64,000 bases of DNA, from positions 293,259-357,258 of the forward strand of contig NMRA01000286.1 in the NCBI GenBank assembly GCA_002633005.1, in the 5' to 3' direction. The notes under the pieces were generated by a model. That model was not told the origin of the DNA, did not search any database, and worked only from the letters and a program-made list of their open reading frames with translations. Positions 1 through 15,000 of the stretch are shown piece after piece. This stretch comes from Phoronis australis. Taxonomy: Eukaryota > Animalia > Phoronida. Each line of letters opens with the position of its first letter. Within the stretch, counting starts at the first letter, position 1. The position numbers and the translations under genes were made by a program.

Positions 1-2300
1 AATAAATGGCCTCTGGCTCTTGTTACAATCAAATCATATAATACAATACAGGTAAGTGTCAAGCAACAGTAACACGACTTCTTCGCTTGAATGCGAAATG
101 AAGATATTTACATGTTGACCATATAAGATCTTTTACCTCCATAGTCACGAGTCTGTTGAATTTTGTAACATTGGAATTGTTGTAGCTCCATACAGGCAAA
201 TACCGTTTCCTAAGGTCATAGTAGAATGGATATTCGGTAACAAAATGATATTCTGACTCGACATAATCATGTCCTAACACAGAGAGGGCATAACCTTTCT
301 GGTCTGCTAAGTTTCAAGTGTCTACCCTTTTCAATCATTATTGCATGCGCTGAACATCTTAATCTTACCATATCAGATCTAACATTTACATTGTCAAATA
401 CATCTAAATTATTTTCAAAACATATATTTAACTTAAAAGTTCTGTAAGTTTCCAGCTTTATCGAATTGTTCAAAATTTCTTCCCATTTTTGCCGATCAAC
501 AGCTTTGAATCTCTGTTTAAAAAGTGATATGAAGTTTTTCTCAGCACCTACAACCTGATTGTACCACGCTTCTCCAAAACCAAACTGAAAAAGCAATTTC
601 TTAACATCATTAACCCAGCACGGTTTATTAACATTTTCCGTCATATTGTACTGCCATTCATAGCAATGATATGTAATTTTTGACGCATAGGTTTTTAATA
701 GTTTTAACGAATATTTCATAATCCCATGAAGTCGGTAAAGTCGGTATGTAATCAAGGAGTAACGACTCATCTCACCTCTAACAGCCGATGATATTGCCGT
801 GCTAGGCAAATTTAAAATTTCTCTACAAAATTTTGTGTGAATATATTCGTCCTCACTAAAACCCCAAATCTCACAGCCATAATGAAGTATCGGCAGTATC
901 TTACTATCGAATAATTTCAAACTAACTTTAGTAGGGAGTGCATTAAAACCATTGACATTTTTCCTAATTAAATTCACTGCCTTAGCAGCCTGTAATGATA
1001 AAGTTTTCTGTGCGCAAGACCACGAACCTTTCGTAGTAAACACTAATCTTAAATATTCATATACATCTACAATGTTAACAGTATTCCAATCATACGTCCA
1101 TTTTTCATACGATCTTAACATTCCACCCTTTCTGAAAACAATTATCTTAGTCTTCGACATGTCGACAATCAATTTCCATATCAGACAATACTCATATAAA
1201 ATATTCAATTTTTTCTGCAGTCCTTTAAAATAAAACCAAATCATCAGCAAATTGCAGATGCAATAAATAATTCAGCTGATCCCATAGAATTTTTTTAACC
1301 GTCACCGGATTTTAATTCTTGCTCTAAATCATTTATAAATAAAATAAACAAAAACGGTGATAGCTGAAAGCCTTGTTTTAGACCATTCTGACAATCAAAG
1401 AACACCGTATAGCTACGATTATTCAATCTCACGATCGCTTTTACTTCCGCTTACAATACTTTGATTATCTTATACATCTTACCTTCTATGCGATTGTTCT
1501 TTAATTTAAAATATAATGCACTTCTACATATACTGTCGAAAGCGACTTTAAAATCCACGAAAGGGCAATAGAATCTACCTTTCTCTCGTGAGAAATACTT
1601 AATTATTTTTGTATATAAAGCAAACATATTATCCACCGTAATGTGCCCTTTCCTAAAAGCAGCTTGAGACATCGTCGCTGGCACAAAATTTTTACGAATA
1701 TTTTGGCTGTGACTTGCATGAGGGAAATTACACTGAAATTTTCAGGAATCTTGGCACCACCCTTAAATATCGGTACTATATTGGATTTTGGCCATTCTTT
1801 TGGAAACACCCATTTAAAAAAAAGTAGTTGTATAAATGGAACAGTGAATCTACCAACTTTTTATCAGCATACTTGTAAAACTCAATGCTGATTTTATCAC
1901 ATCCAGACGAAGTTCCGTCTTTCATACTACTGATGGCTTGTAAAATTTCATCTTTTGTGACCTCAGAGTCTAGCTCCATATCAACAATTTCATTAATTGA
2001 ATTGTTGTCATTTTTACTGAGTTCTCACTCCGGATTAGTAACAAAATAACGGCCTTCAAACAGAGAGCTGGAATAATTTATCCATTCCTCCGGTTTAATA
2101 TTCGTCGTTACACATTTCTTCTTAATATCAAATGTGCGCCAGAATTTTTTGCTGTCTTTACTCTTCACACCTGAATTTGTTGTAAAATGTTTTCTGTTAC
2201 AGTTTAACCGTTTCACTTTTTTAAATTTCCATAATCTCTTCTAGCTTGTTCGGCTATTGTTTTCTAATGATTTGTTTGTTTCAGACGGACTTGTTAAGTC
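1..2300 (-). mobile_element. Decayed non-LTR retrotransposon (LINE) ORF2: RT and C-terminal Cys/His region, RTE-X-like
   Basis: Collinear frameshifted minus-strand pieces: EVTKDEILQAISSMKDGTSSGCDKI, FPKEWPKSNIVPIFKGG, FVDFKVAFDSI, GLKQGFQLSPFLFILFINDLE (~1320-1385), QFADDL (~1240-1258), KTKIIVFRKGG, KILPILHYGCEIWG, RLRCSAHAIMIEKGR..ERLCPLC..ESEYHF. Clade call is from memory of the motif style. Confidence 0.88.
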
Positions 2301-2887
2301 TTACGCATCACTTTGGAACAAGTACGGTTTCTTTCCACCATTCAAAATTTTCATGGACTTGTGCGTGCAATCTTTCATTTAAAAGATTCCAAAAATATGA
2401 CATTTTCTGTATGCCTTCCAAATTCCCCCAAAATATTAACACATATCGCCAATAAACGTACTCCCAATTAATTGAAGACATTTACGAAAAGCCAACCCGT
2501 GAGTTGATGTAGGAATCACAAATTAACTTTCTGGATTCATCCAAATAGTGGAGGGAAGTTTATGTTTGGTTCTCGTTGTGTTTTACTACTGATTCGAGAT
2601 CAGCTTTCTTCATCGAATTGTCGCCACAAACGTCTTTGTGGTCAAAATTGACATCCAAGTGTCACATATCTGCACGTATTGTAAAAAGAGAGACAAGAGG
2701 AAATAATTCATTTTTACTGAGATTGTAACAAACTTCCCCTAAATTCCGGCCTGTACAACCCTCGACAAAGAAACCTAGTCCTAGTTGCATAAAAGTTTTA
2801 CGCTGGGTACCAACACTGAACTTGAGCTTCCCGTTCAGTAACGCCAGTATCTTTGGTAACGCTAGTACCTTGATAAAAAGCAAAGCA

Positions 2888-3402
2888 TCGCGAGATTATG
2901 TGAGATATTGCATTGTATTTCAAATAAAAACACGTGACTTAGTCTAGATTTTAGCTGGGTCTTGGCGTAGGTCCTAGCGTTATAGAACACACGCCAGATG
3001 TCGCACTATACTGGTGAACCGGAAGCCTTTCAACGTTGCACTTGGAAGCTGGAAGTGGGTACTGTAATTTGCAAAATAAAAACGTAAAAGTTAGTGACAA
3101 ACATCACTTGTGACGGCTCTGCAGTCGACTTAAGCCTCATGTTAATTTCTACGCTTACTCCAAACATATGATACATCGCGCGGCACTGGTATTGCGGTCC
3201 CTGATGATGTAGAGAACCAGGCAAATTACTGACGAGTGACGGTGACTGGCCCGTTGTTATTTAGTGGATGTGAACTAGGACCTCGCTAAAAAGCGAGATT
3301 ACGTGAGATATTGCCGTGTATTTCAAATGAGAACATGTGACTCTGGCTAGATTTCAGCTAGGTCCTAGCGTAGGTCCTAGCGTTACTGCACGCACGCCTG
3401 GC
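2888..3402. repeat. Two ~110-bp direct copies of a probable MITE end (~2888-3000 and ~3293-3402)
   Basis: GCGAGATTA(T/C)GTGAGATATTGC..GTATTTCAAAT..AACA(C/T)GTGACT...GCGTAGGTCCTAGCGTTA occurs twice. Confidence 0.6.
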
Positions 3403-4898
3403 CGGTTCTTAAAATCAGGGACTGCTAAATCCGACCAGAGCCCCTTTCGCTCCTGCTTGGTTTTTCTGGCCAAGTACAAGGCATCTGAATGGATGCATAA
3501 TACCTGCGGCATCCAGGATGATGTAATTGCCTACCCCAGTGGCAGCTAGGCTGGCCCCGTTCTAGCCAGCCAGCTAACTGTATGAAGACTGTCGTCAAAT
3601 ATTTATATACAGCTTTGTACCAAGGCTAGCCCCGTTCAGACAGTGGCACTCTCTGTTTAGCCTTGCCTGTAAGTCTTGGAGCCTTGTAGACAGTGACTAC
3701 CATCTCTAGCTGGCCAGTGGAGATGGTGTAGGTCTTGTAGGAGCCTTGAGCCTTGCAGGTCTGTTGGAGTTGGTTCAGTGGGTCCACCGATTTTACTTGG
3801 GGCTGGTGGCTGTCTAGACAGTGACCACCATCTCTAACTGCCCCCAGCAGAGACGGGTAAAGCTCCTTCATATACAAGAAGCGTTTTGGCGAATTATACC
3901 TCACACTGATTAAAAAATAGGCTAGGCTCGCACTTTAAGGGGATTTGCCAAAATGGCTAAAACATCTGTACACTTTTAGTCATTTTCGAAAATTATTCTT
4001 CAAACACTTTCTCCCTATCCCCGGGTCATAACGTAGAATTGTCGTGAGGACTTGACAGGGACCTCAGGGGTCTCACTCTCCGCTGATTTATCCACATTAT
4101 TTTGAAAACGCTTTGCCCAGTCACACATTGTGTGTCATAAAAGAGATAAGCATACCTGCAGCTAACATATCAAGTAGAACTACTCTCGTTTGTCACATTG
4201 GTGTAGACTCACAGTTGAACTGTGGTTTTCTGTTGATCCCAGACCGTCCGGAGTTGCACCATATACCAACTCCGGATGGTCTCTCACAAACGATTTAGCG
4301 TTATGTTACAGCAGGGGTATGCCGGCCACATGGGAATCATTTCATTGATGTGGACCCAAAAAATTTGCCCCTATCCCTGGTTACTCATTTCATTGATTTT
4401 GACCTAAAAATTGGTAGGGATTCCCCCTATCCCCAGGTTACAGCGGGGATACGCCTCCCTCGTGGACATTTTAATGAACAAGACATGTAGGTAAAAAAAC
4501 ATAACTGCTCTTGCAATATAAAGTTAAATCGTGACATCTGCTTTAGCTTGCTTTCTTTCGGACACCGCCAAAATGCTATATGTGAGATCAGCCCCCCCCC
4601 CTACACATTTCAACATTTTGTTGCGGTAAAAGAATGGTTTTAGGGGTGTCACGGACATGAAATGGAACATTCGATTGCTATTTTAAGACTAGGAATCGAA
4701 TTAAGAATGTCGTTCGCAGCGCCACTGGATTTGCGCTTACTGTCGCAAGTAGGTTTCCCGAAATTTATTTTTATTGTCAAGCTGCAAAAGCACTTGCCAA
4801 GTTGGCGAATGGAGTTAGCTTTACTATCACCAGTGCTGCTCAGAATTCACCAATGGCAAGCGGATAGCGCGAGCCTATATAGGTCACGTTGTGCAAAT

Positions 4899-5155
4899 AG
4901 GGACACCTTAGGAGGCCGTCGATGTCTTTAATTACTTCCAACTTGAACAAATACTCCCGTAATCAAACTTTTTTATGCAGTTCTTTGTTCACACTGTGCG
5001 CTATCCTATTTTTACCGCGCCCGCAGTGTTAAAAATGGCCACTTGTTGATTTGGGCATCTGAATGAAGGACTGCTCGAAGAAAAAGTTTGATTAGGGGAG
5101 TATTTGTTCGAGTTAGAAGGAATTAAAGACATTGACTGCCTCATAAGGTGCCCCT
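4899..5155. mobile_element. MITE with ~70-bp terminal inverted repeats
   Basis: CACCTTAGGAGGCCGTCGATGTCTTTAATT...AATCAAACTTTTT (~4904-4974) is the imperfect reverse complement of AAAAAGTTTGATT...AATTAAAGACATTGACTGCCTCATAAGGTG (~5081-5150). Confidence 0.7.
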
Positions 5156-5999
5156 CTATGCTTAAAAGGTACTTATTATTACGTGATTAATCAGTGCGAG
5201 GCATAACTCTCCAAAAAGCTTCCTACTGGGGCCAGCTATAGGTGGTGGTCTCTGTGTAGTGACTTTCCTGTACATTTTTTTCCACTAATAATTATCTCTG
5301 TGTGCTGACGATAGGTTTTGAGTGAACTGATAGTGAAAACCAGAAAGCCAAAGACAAGAGCAATGCTCGACAGTTAGGAAAACGCGAAGTCGCATGCAAA
5401 AATTCCAGGTCGCCAAAACAAAATCTGAGGTCACTAAAACAGAAAATCTCAGACATGTCAAAGAACTTTGCCCTTTTTGATTTTCTCTGATCACTTTTCA
5501 AGTAAACCTCATGGCAATTTACATGAGATGACCCCAATTTGCGATAGACAACAAAGTGAAAGAGAAAGAATTGCAGTTTTGGCAATGTATTTGTAATATA
5601 TGATGAATTTATAGATAACTGTCCATAATATTGTTTGGTAAACTTCATTTTTTCAATCAAAACGTAATTGGTTGAACATTCCCGTTACAAGCAATGCATC
5701 GCCTAGGTTGGACAGCGATTGAGCTTTTTACTGTAGTTATACGTGATGCCTGACAAATTCATAAAATACGCTTTGTATCAGAAATGCTTTTAAGGTAAAT
5801 TACAAATCATATAAGAGGACCTGGAGAGATGGTTCCAGTGGACCAGGTGTGAATAGAAGGCATACCCCTTATATGTGTAGATTATCACTAAAACCCCCTG
5901 TGATGACCCACGGTCATCACTTTTTATGACGTATGGTAATTATTCCTTTAAATTTTTCGGAAACAAGTTATTTGTTTTTTTTGCAGAATTCCGGTCAAT

Positions 6000-6094
6000 A
6001 TGGAGGTTGTCTTGAAGAACAGGAGAACCATTCTTGAACGAATTGAAAAGTACATTTCACCTCATTATTTCACAGATGTCAACTTGAAAGGAAG
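6000..6094 (+). CDS. MAN2C1: MAN2C1 coding exon 1
   Basis: [31 protein letters not shown]; acceptor TTGCAG ending at 5986 implies an upstream UTR exon; donor GTTTGT. Confidence 0.88.
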
Positions 6095-9000
6095 GTTTGT
6101 TGATTACTGGGTGGAATACGTGATGTAATCTTTTTTGATATGGAAAACAGCCATTTGAGTTATTTTTTGTCTCGGTGATGGATGATTTTCTTTATAAGCC
6201 TGTTTATTAGTCCAAAATGCTTAGGTGGCCCTAGTGTATTTTTCTGAGACATGATATATTTATATTTAGTTTTGTTAGTTATGTTAGTGCAAGATACCAT
6301 AATAACATGGCTGTTATAACTAATAATCTCAATTTGGTTGTATCTCGTACATACTGGCATTGTAAGCAAGAGATACATTATGCAAAATGACGCTTAAACG
6401 CCAAATCACATTTCATGTCCTGGCAAAAATCTGAAAACAAACATTTTGATTTGTTAGGCAACTCTTATCTTAATGCAGAGTACAAGCATAGTTCCCAGTC
6501 ATGGCACCTAAATACAAGTGGCAATCACCACCAGAGTAGCTAGAATGACCCGTCGTGATGTGGGAAATCTGCTTACTTTTAGTGTGCACTGACTAATGAT
6601 CTGTTAAGGTCATACACAGTACAGACCCTGTAATATTGTGGAGAACTATGTTCGGTTTAGACTTGATCGTAACATAATCTCGTTCAAGGTTGTATCCTCA
6701 CACATCTCCGGTCACCAGTCTTACTCACTATGCGGCTCCGGGAAGAATCACATACAGTGAAGCCACCCAAGGCGAGTACTCACCTACCTCTGTGGGGTCA
6801 TCATTTGGACCGGCATTCGCCACTCATTGGTTCCGTGTAGTCATCGACGTTCCATCTGATTGGTTAGGCAGAGAAGTACACTTCCGCTGGAACTCTGGCT
6901 CAGAAGCAATGATTTGGAAAGCTGGTAATGTTGTGCAGGTAATGTTACTTGTAACGATGTGCTGTAAACATTTGGGTTAGCGCCAATGCTCACATAAGCG
7001 TCTACTCATTCATTTTTAAAAGTTTTTAGAATAAGCATCGACTGCTCGGCTAATTGTGCAGCATCTACCTTCAGGTGCACTGCTTGGGGTAGCTCCTACC
7101 TGAAATTTGCTTCACCGAATCCATTTCCAAAATGATAAGGTACGTTTTCAAATGTGGAAGCCAGATCAATTTTGAGTCGCGGTGTAGTTGCGGTAGTTGC
7201 TGGAGTCATTGTATTTTTACCAACTTCTGCATTAAAAATGTTGAAATTGACACTAAGCCACCGACTGTCATTCTATCCACCATGTTTGCTTTCAAAAGAT
7301 CTTAGGTTTTCTCACTTTTGAGAGCAAAATCAAGACCTTGTTTACCTCTCAAGGCAAGGTTATAAGCATGGCTTGGTCACGTGGGGTAGCATGTGTTCAG
7401 ACTTAAGGGAGCAAACTCAAATCACCCAATAATAGAAAATGACCTTTTTCACGTAAATTTAATAGTACATACATAAGCAAAACAAGGGAGAAGAATTTAT
7501 TATCATGAAATTTGCGCTGTGTCATTTTCACACATCAGTACCAGTGCCTTCCTTTACCTGAGCGAAAAGGTGCATGTGCCTGCTGAGAGGTGTATTTTTT
7601 GCGTTAAGTGGAAAATTCTTGTTGCAGTCGCCACCAATTCAAGGGACTGCATAAGCAAGTAATTCTAAACATGATGATGGCTTTTAAAATCATTGGTGGG
7701 GAATTTTTGGATCTGATTAAGGGAATATTAAAGTAATTTTAGAGGGGAATGGAACTGATATTCTGTCCCAAAATTGAGGCATGTTAGGTCCTGAATACAT
7801 TATTCGACTGAGTCTTAAAACACCTCAGTTGTTGCTCATGGAAGTTTTTTGACAGGAAGTTTAGCAAAATAAAATTTCACCTGTCCATCATATTTTGTGC
7901 TAAATAGGTAAAAAATTATGGTAATTGTCAAATGTCCCAGGTTAATGAGTTTTCACTTGTTGCAGGCTTTCAGTGGGGATCAAAGAGAGGACTTCATCTT
8001 GTCGCAAAATCTCCAGAATTCAGAATTACAGTGAGTGGGTTGCCTGCCAAGCTTGGGAGAATTCAAAAGTGGCTATAAACCCACCGTCCATCTATAGAAT
8101 AACTTTGGATGTGAGGCACTTACTACTAAAAATGGGGTCTTGTCGACAAGTCTATGCATTATACAAAAACATTGGATGTGGGGCACTTAACTGCTAAAAA
8201 TGGGGCCTTGTCTACAAGTCTATGCATTTAGCCTGACATCTGCAAATTTTAATTTCGGTTAGTGTAAAGGTATATATTTTGTGAAAGAAGAAAGTCTGTA
8301 GAATTTGATTTTTGACTTTTTACCAATCTGTTGTTAATTGGGTCTTGTGACCATGTTTTTTATGTGCCCGCATATTTATATGTGGTCACATATTGCCATC
8401 ATCTCTGTCTGGGTGTCCGGCATCCGCAGCTGTATCTCCTGTATCTCTCCTAAACTAAACCCTCACAGGATCTTAATGAGATTTGGTAGATGTGTTCCTA
8501 TGAAGCTGACGACGGATGACGATGAATTTCGGACCTTTCCGACTATCGGTGTGCCTTCTAGTTGCAATTTTATTTTTTATGCTTACCTCTCTATCTTTGA
8601 AGGTCATCGGATTTTCATAAAATTTGGCAGTTAGGCATCTATTTGTGAGATGATGCCATCCACTCGTTTTCGGACGGATTCAAGGTATTTTGCACCTTCT
8701 AGTGGCCATTTTTACTGTTTTCGATTTTTTGGTGCCCACCCTTCTATCTACCAAACCACTCTAGGGATGATTTTGAAAATTGGCATATAAATATGTTCTC
8801 AGTCTGAAGAGGGTGGCTGGTGATGATTTTTTGACGACTACGACTACTGTGGCATCTCCTAGTGGCAGTTTTGTTTGTTTTTGCACCTACCGCTGTATCT
8901 ACTGAACACTCTTCAGTATCTTTATTGAATTTTGCTGGTGTATTTATATGAAATTGACAACAGATGACGACGACTTTCGGACGGATCGGACTACTGGTGT

Positions 9001-12000
9001 GCCCCTAGTGACTGTTTTAGTTTTTTACGTTTACCTATGTATCTTCAAAGGTCGTCTATGGATTTTCATAAAATTTGTCAGATAGGCATCTATTAGTGGG
9101 GTGACGCTATCCGTACATTTTCAGATTGATTCAAAGTATTTTGCACCACCTAGTGGTCTTTTTTTATTGTTTTTGAGTTTTTTGGCATCTGCCCCTCTGT
9201 TTACCGAACCACTCTAAAGATGATTGTGGAAATTAGCGTGTATGTCTCTAATGTGAAGAGGAGGGCTGACTATAATTTTCCGACAACCTCAACAACTGTG
9301 ACGCCTCCTAGTGGCAGTTTTTTATGCCCATGGCTGTATCTCCTAAACTTTCTGCAGTATTTTTATTAAATTTAGTATGTGTATGTATATGAACTTCACA
9401 ACAAACGACAGCGACTTTCGGATGGTTGGGACTACCAGTGTGCCCCCCAATGGCAATTTTAGTTTTTTAATTTTACCTTTGTTTCTTCAAAGCTCTTCAA
9501 CGAATTTTCATAAGATTTGGAAGATAGGCATCTATTAATGAGCTGACGCTATCTTCCAGTGTTTGGTTTGATTCGTGCACCTAGTGTCCATTGTTGCTGT
9601 TTTCGATTCTTGTTATTTGGCGTCTGCCCCTCTGTCAACCAAACCACTATAAGCATGGTTGTGGAAATTGGCATATATGTTCCTGATGTGAAGAGGAAGT
9701 CTAACAATGATTTTCCCATGACTTTATCTACTGTGGCACTTAATGGCAGTTATGTTTTTTGCACCCATAGCCTCCTAGTTGCAATTTCATTTGTTTCATT
9801 TTCCTCAGTTTCTCAGAAGTTCCGTGATAGATTTGTATGAAATTTGGGAAATAGCTTTGATGACACATACCAGTTTTCGGATGGACACGACGTAATTTGC
9901 ATCATCTAGTGGCCATTTTTATGTTCCAAATAAACACCCCTAGAAGCACACTGTTTGCGGTGCGTTCGTGGGTGCATTTCAACGCTCCGCATTACTCTTG
10001 TAATAAAATTAAGCAAGTATAATGTACATTTGTTGTGAAATAATGATATCAATAATATGACCATTTTATGTTAATTTTCAAGTTTTCTTGACTAATGTCT
10101 GGCATTCAGTGTCTGGTATCAGCATGGAGCCTGCAGCTGTATTTCCTAAACTTTCCTTGCAGGATCTTCGTGAAATTTGGCAGGTGTGCTCATGTTAGCG
10201 TGGCAATAGATGATGACAACTTTTGGACAGATCCAATGATCAATGAGGCCCAAATGGCAATTTTATTATTTTACGTTTAGCGCTTCATCTACCATGCTCC
10301 GTAATAGTTCATTATAAAATACTGCAAAAAGCATATCTGTTGAAAAGATGAGGAGACATTCCAATTTTGGACATATCAGATGTATTCTGCACCCCCTAGT
10401 TTGCATTTTACTATTCTTGTTCTGTTTTTCTGATGTCTTCCCTATCTGCCAAATCATTTGAAAGATGTTTTAATATTGAAAAGAGCATGGTAGACATTAA
10501 TTTTGGGTAAATCTTTTGTAATGCCCCTTGTGTCAATTTTGTTGTGTTGAGGAGTGCATACTGTGCCATTTATCAAATGAGGTTTAGCTGCGCCACCAGA
10601 GTGTTAGACTGCGACTACGGGAGTTCCAGATTCAATACCGCGCAGAGCCTGGTCTCAGAAAATTCCTTTCCTCACTGATAGCATTACGTTAAGATGAACA
10701 GTTACACTGCTTTCTAGCACAAATACCATCCTTTTTACTCGAATTTCTAGAAACTATCAGTATAACCTTGTTTCAGCTATGAGCTTTATGTGGAGATGGC
10801 ATGTAACACAGAGTTTGGTGCAGGTGGTGGTGGAATGATTAATCCGCCAGACGTCCACGCACAGTTCACAATGAGCCGCGCTGACTTGGCAGTGTTTGAT
10901 CGGGATGTCTACGATTTACTGGTGGATTTGGAAATACTTCACGACATGTCCAAGGTGTGTAAGAAGGGTGTATGTTCTTTATCAGTTTTTGGCCACAGTA
11001 AGATTAAAAACCAGATGATCGCCGCACAAATAAAAAAGTTTACGTTAAATCAACATTTCGTCTATTCTGAATAGATTTAACATGGACTTTTTTATTTGTG
11101 CGGCAATCGTCCGATTTCTGCTCTTGTATCTAGGAAGATATTACTTNGACTGTGTACAATCTGACATTACCGGGGCCTCTAAGTTGGGTGGTCTGTGGTT
11201 GGAAGTGTCTCTGTTCAGAAGGTTTACTGTTCTGTTGACTGGAACCCAATGCATTTAACCAGAACCTGACCTTGCCTCTAACACCCGAGTCAGATCCTGT
11301 GACACTTTGTCACAACCTAAACCTAACCATAGCCCTAATCTATGGATTTTACATCCTTCAGACTATAGGCCCTTCAGAATGTTGCCCCTTCTGCCAACAG
11401 AAGCACTAATATCCTGTGGAAGATAAAATCTAGGTAAAAAAATTCAAATTGTGTAATCTTTGGGCAATCGACTCATGCACTTGATCCCCACTGAAGCGTT
11501 ATTTGAGGAAAGATGAAGTTTGGAAGACCCCAAAGGTTGGCAAATTCTTTTGAAAATGTCTAGAAGTGAAAGGGTTAGCATGATGTGTTGTTGGTGTTTC
11601 GCTGCAATCATGTGAATAGATTTTCTAGCGCTGGTGTTAACATTGGCATATGAATCTGCAATAAACCAATCTTGTCGTTTTTGTAAAAGATTGACATTAT
11701 GAGATCTTGCAATTTCTAGTTTTACCATACTGCACAACTGATTATTGAATGTTAAATGACGTCTGCTTTATATCCTATACAGCCTTTTAAATGTGATTGG
11801 CTACCTTTGCTGTCAAGGATTGAATTTCTTAATAACTACCTTCCAAGTATTAACAGTAGACCCATAAAACTATATTTTTAAAGTCATTGATGATCACAGG
11901 CTCTTATTATATATAATTATGTTGTTTTGTGTCCTTTGTCTTCTACCTCTCTATCCTCCAAACTTCATGATAAAAGGTGGCACCTGTGCTGACTTGCTTT

Positions 12001-15000
12001 GCACCACTTACAGGCCATTATTAAGTTCATTAGCATTGTTCCCTTTATCAGTGAGAGTGTTTAAAATAATGATCATCTCTTATATCTGCGCTGTATGCAA
12101 TGCACACGGCGAGTGCATATAAGTGCTCCACGTTGCTCTTGTTTAGTTTAAGAAGGCACTTTTTATCAATTCTAACTATTGTTGAATTTCTCCTTGTACA
12201 TTACATGAAGCTGATTAAGCACTCCTAGAAACAGTTTGTGGTGCACTATGGCGCATATAAATACTTAGCATTGCAGTAGTTTCATTTCTGACAGTGGAGT
12301 CCTTGGGCATAAAGGGCTTAAAAGAAAATCTCTGACTTGTTGTTTTGGGTAATAGAATAAAGACAGAAAACTGAAAAATGTGTTTTGTGTTAATTATAGC
12401 AATCAAGATTTTCAGGAAGAAATGTAGTTCATGATTATAAACATGTGGGTATTATCTTTGTGTACGTAGGGGATTTTAAAAATTATACATTATGATAGTT
12501 TTATTGATCTACAATTAAAACTTAAAAAGTTATTTTAGAAATTGATCCAGGGTAACGATGATAGCCAATCACATTAATGGCGCGTGCAGTGCCATCTTGG
12601 GAAAAAAACAGTTTCAGTTCTTGTTTTGGTTCTTAAATATGAAGAGTTAGTGTACCTAATGACACAGGATCACACCATGAACGAAGTGGAGTTCGTTGGT
12701 TGCTCCAACAAAAAGATTCACCATTGCTAACTTAACTTAATCCAGTCTGAAGCTTGCGATTCTGTCTTGATCTATGGTAATTAGCTTTGTCATATTTCAG
12801 CATCTTCCAGAGAACAGTCACAGAGCCTACCAAGCCTTGTATACTGCCAATGATATCATCAATATTTGTGTACAAAACCCTTGTACTGAATCCTTTAAAA
12901 GGTGAATTAGCTGCAATGTAACAAAATGTCCAAAGTCATTTCACATACTGTGTGTCTGGTATTTCTCTTTCTCCGGTAAAACTGTTCTCATTTTTATGTG
13001 CCCACATATACATATGTGGGTACTTCTTGCCATCGTCTCTGCCTCGGCATCTGCTGCTGTATGTTCTACAATCCCTTGCGGAATCTTATTGAGATTTGGT
13101 TCATGTGTTCCTATGAAGTTGATGATGGATTACGATGAGTGTCTGACCAATCCAACTAGTTGCAGTTTTATTTTTTTACTTTCTTTTGCCTGTGTATGTT
13201 TGGAGCTCCTTTCTATTTTCGGATGTATTTGAGATATTTCGCGCCACCTGACGCCCATTTTAGTTATTTTTGAGTCTGTTTTTGGGTGTCTGCCTCTCTA
13301 TCTGCCAAACTGTTCACAGGATCGTTATGAGAATTTATAAAATTAATGTGTTTTTGCTGGGAACACCACAACTGACATTGGTTTTTGGATGGGTCTGACT
13401 GATGTTGTGGCTCTTAGTGACAATGCTTTGCATCTGGCTGTATCTCACAGGATCTTTGTAAAATTTGGCAGTTGTTTTCCTACAGAATGTGATTACATCT
13501 AACCAAAATGTTGTACAGATCTAACTACCTCTGTGCCCCCTAGTGACAATTAAGAAACAACAGAGCCTTTCCATTTTTGGATGGATTTGATGTATTCTGC
13601 ACCACCTAGTGACCATTACTATTATTTTCACATTTTTGTCATCTGCCTCAGTGCGTATGTACTAAATTGCTCAAAAAATAATCATGAAAATTGGCAGACG
13701 TGGTGACAAGCATGACTGACTTTGATCTTCAGACTGATCTGACATTTGCAACACCTGCTAGTGGCATATATTTGCGTCTCCAGCTGTAAACCCCTTCCAG
13801 GATCTTTGTGAAATTTGGCAAGTGTATTCCTGTGAACTTGACTACAGATGACATCTTCTTTTAGACGGATCTGACTACCACTGTGCCTCCCAGTGGCAAT
13901 TTGATTTTTTTACTTTTGTGGGTTCCTTGACATTTCTTATGAAATTTGTCAAACAGTTTTGTGGGTTCCTTGACATTTTTTATGAAATTTGTCAAACAGT
14001 TTTCTATAATGGAGATGACAACAGCTACCCATTTTGTATGAATTCAACACATTCTGCACCATCTAGTGGCCATTTTTATGATACTGAAAAACACCCTTAG
14101 AAGCATGCCGTTTGTGGTGCAGTCATGTGTACATTTAAACACTGCGTTGCTCCTATTGATTAACTGGTCATTAGGAGTTGCCTCTGACTTAGGAGTAGTT
14201 TTTAAAGATAAGAAAAGAATAAAAAACTGATTTTGGTAGTAAAACTGTTGTCGTGACATCAACTAATTAAAGTTTTCCTTGAGGTGAATGAGATGTGGAT
14301 GCTGAGTAATTAACGTACACATAAAACTTCCCAAATATTTTGTATTTTATACTTTTTTCACTTTTGTCAAATGCAAAAAAGTATTCAAAGCGAGACAAAA
14401 GGTAAATTGTGAAAAATGCTTGTGAAAACTGTTAGTATTTTTTCACTTCACTGGTAATGGGGAATGGAGCTATGATCAGAAAAGGTGTTGCAACTCCAAC
14501 CACTGATGGCGCTACTGTGCTTGTTTCACACTGTGTAAGACATTTCTTCATTTATTTCAGAGGTCACGAGATTGCCGAGAGTTTCTTCAGCCAGGGTAAT
14601 GGTGCCAGCCAACACACAGTGTGTGCCGTGGGTCATTGTCACATTGACTCAGGTGAGTCGGTCCAGTATTGTAAAGATGGTTACATTAAAACCACATGAT
14701 TGTGAAGAGCAATGTCCCATAATGTCTATGTGTTGAGCAATGCAATACAGAATTACACAACCTCTGACTGGCTAAAACACAGCAGGATAACTTCCATTAT
14801 GAGGTGATGTTGACCGGCTAGCCATGGAATATCACTTTGTATTCATCGGACATCAAATGTTACTATTGGTGATTTGACCAATTACAGCCTGTGCTCAAGT
14901 GCTTTTTAGTTTAATTTTTTCACATCCGTGTTTTGCATGGATTCAGTGTGTGTACATTGAAATTAAATTTGCATTTAACTTTTCCTATAGCCTGGTTGTG

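Noticed and set aside
5285-5660. 122-aa and 69-aa minus ORFs upstream of MAN2C1
   Set aside because: They overlap a dispersed repeat (related inverted sequence at ~54970-55020) and have no protein motif.
11290-11340. Telomere-like AACCT(A) repeats
   Set aside because: Only a few degenerate units inside a probable DNA-element fragment; not an interstitial telomere array.
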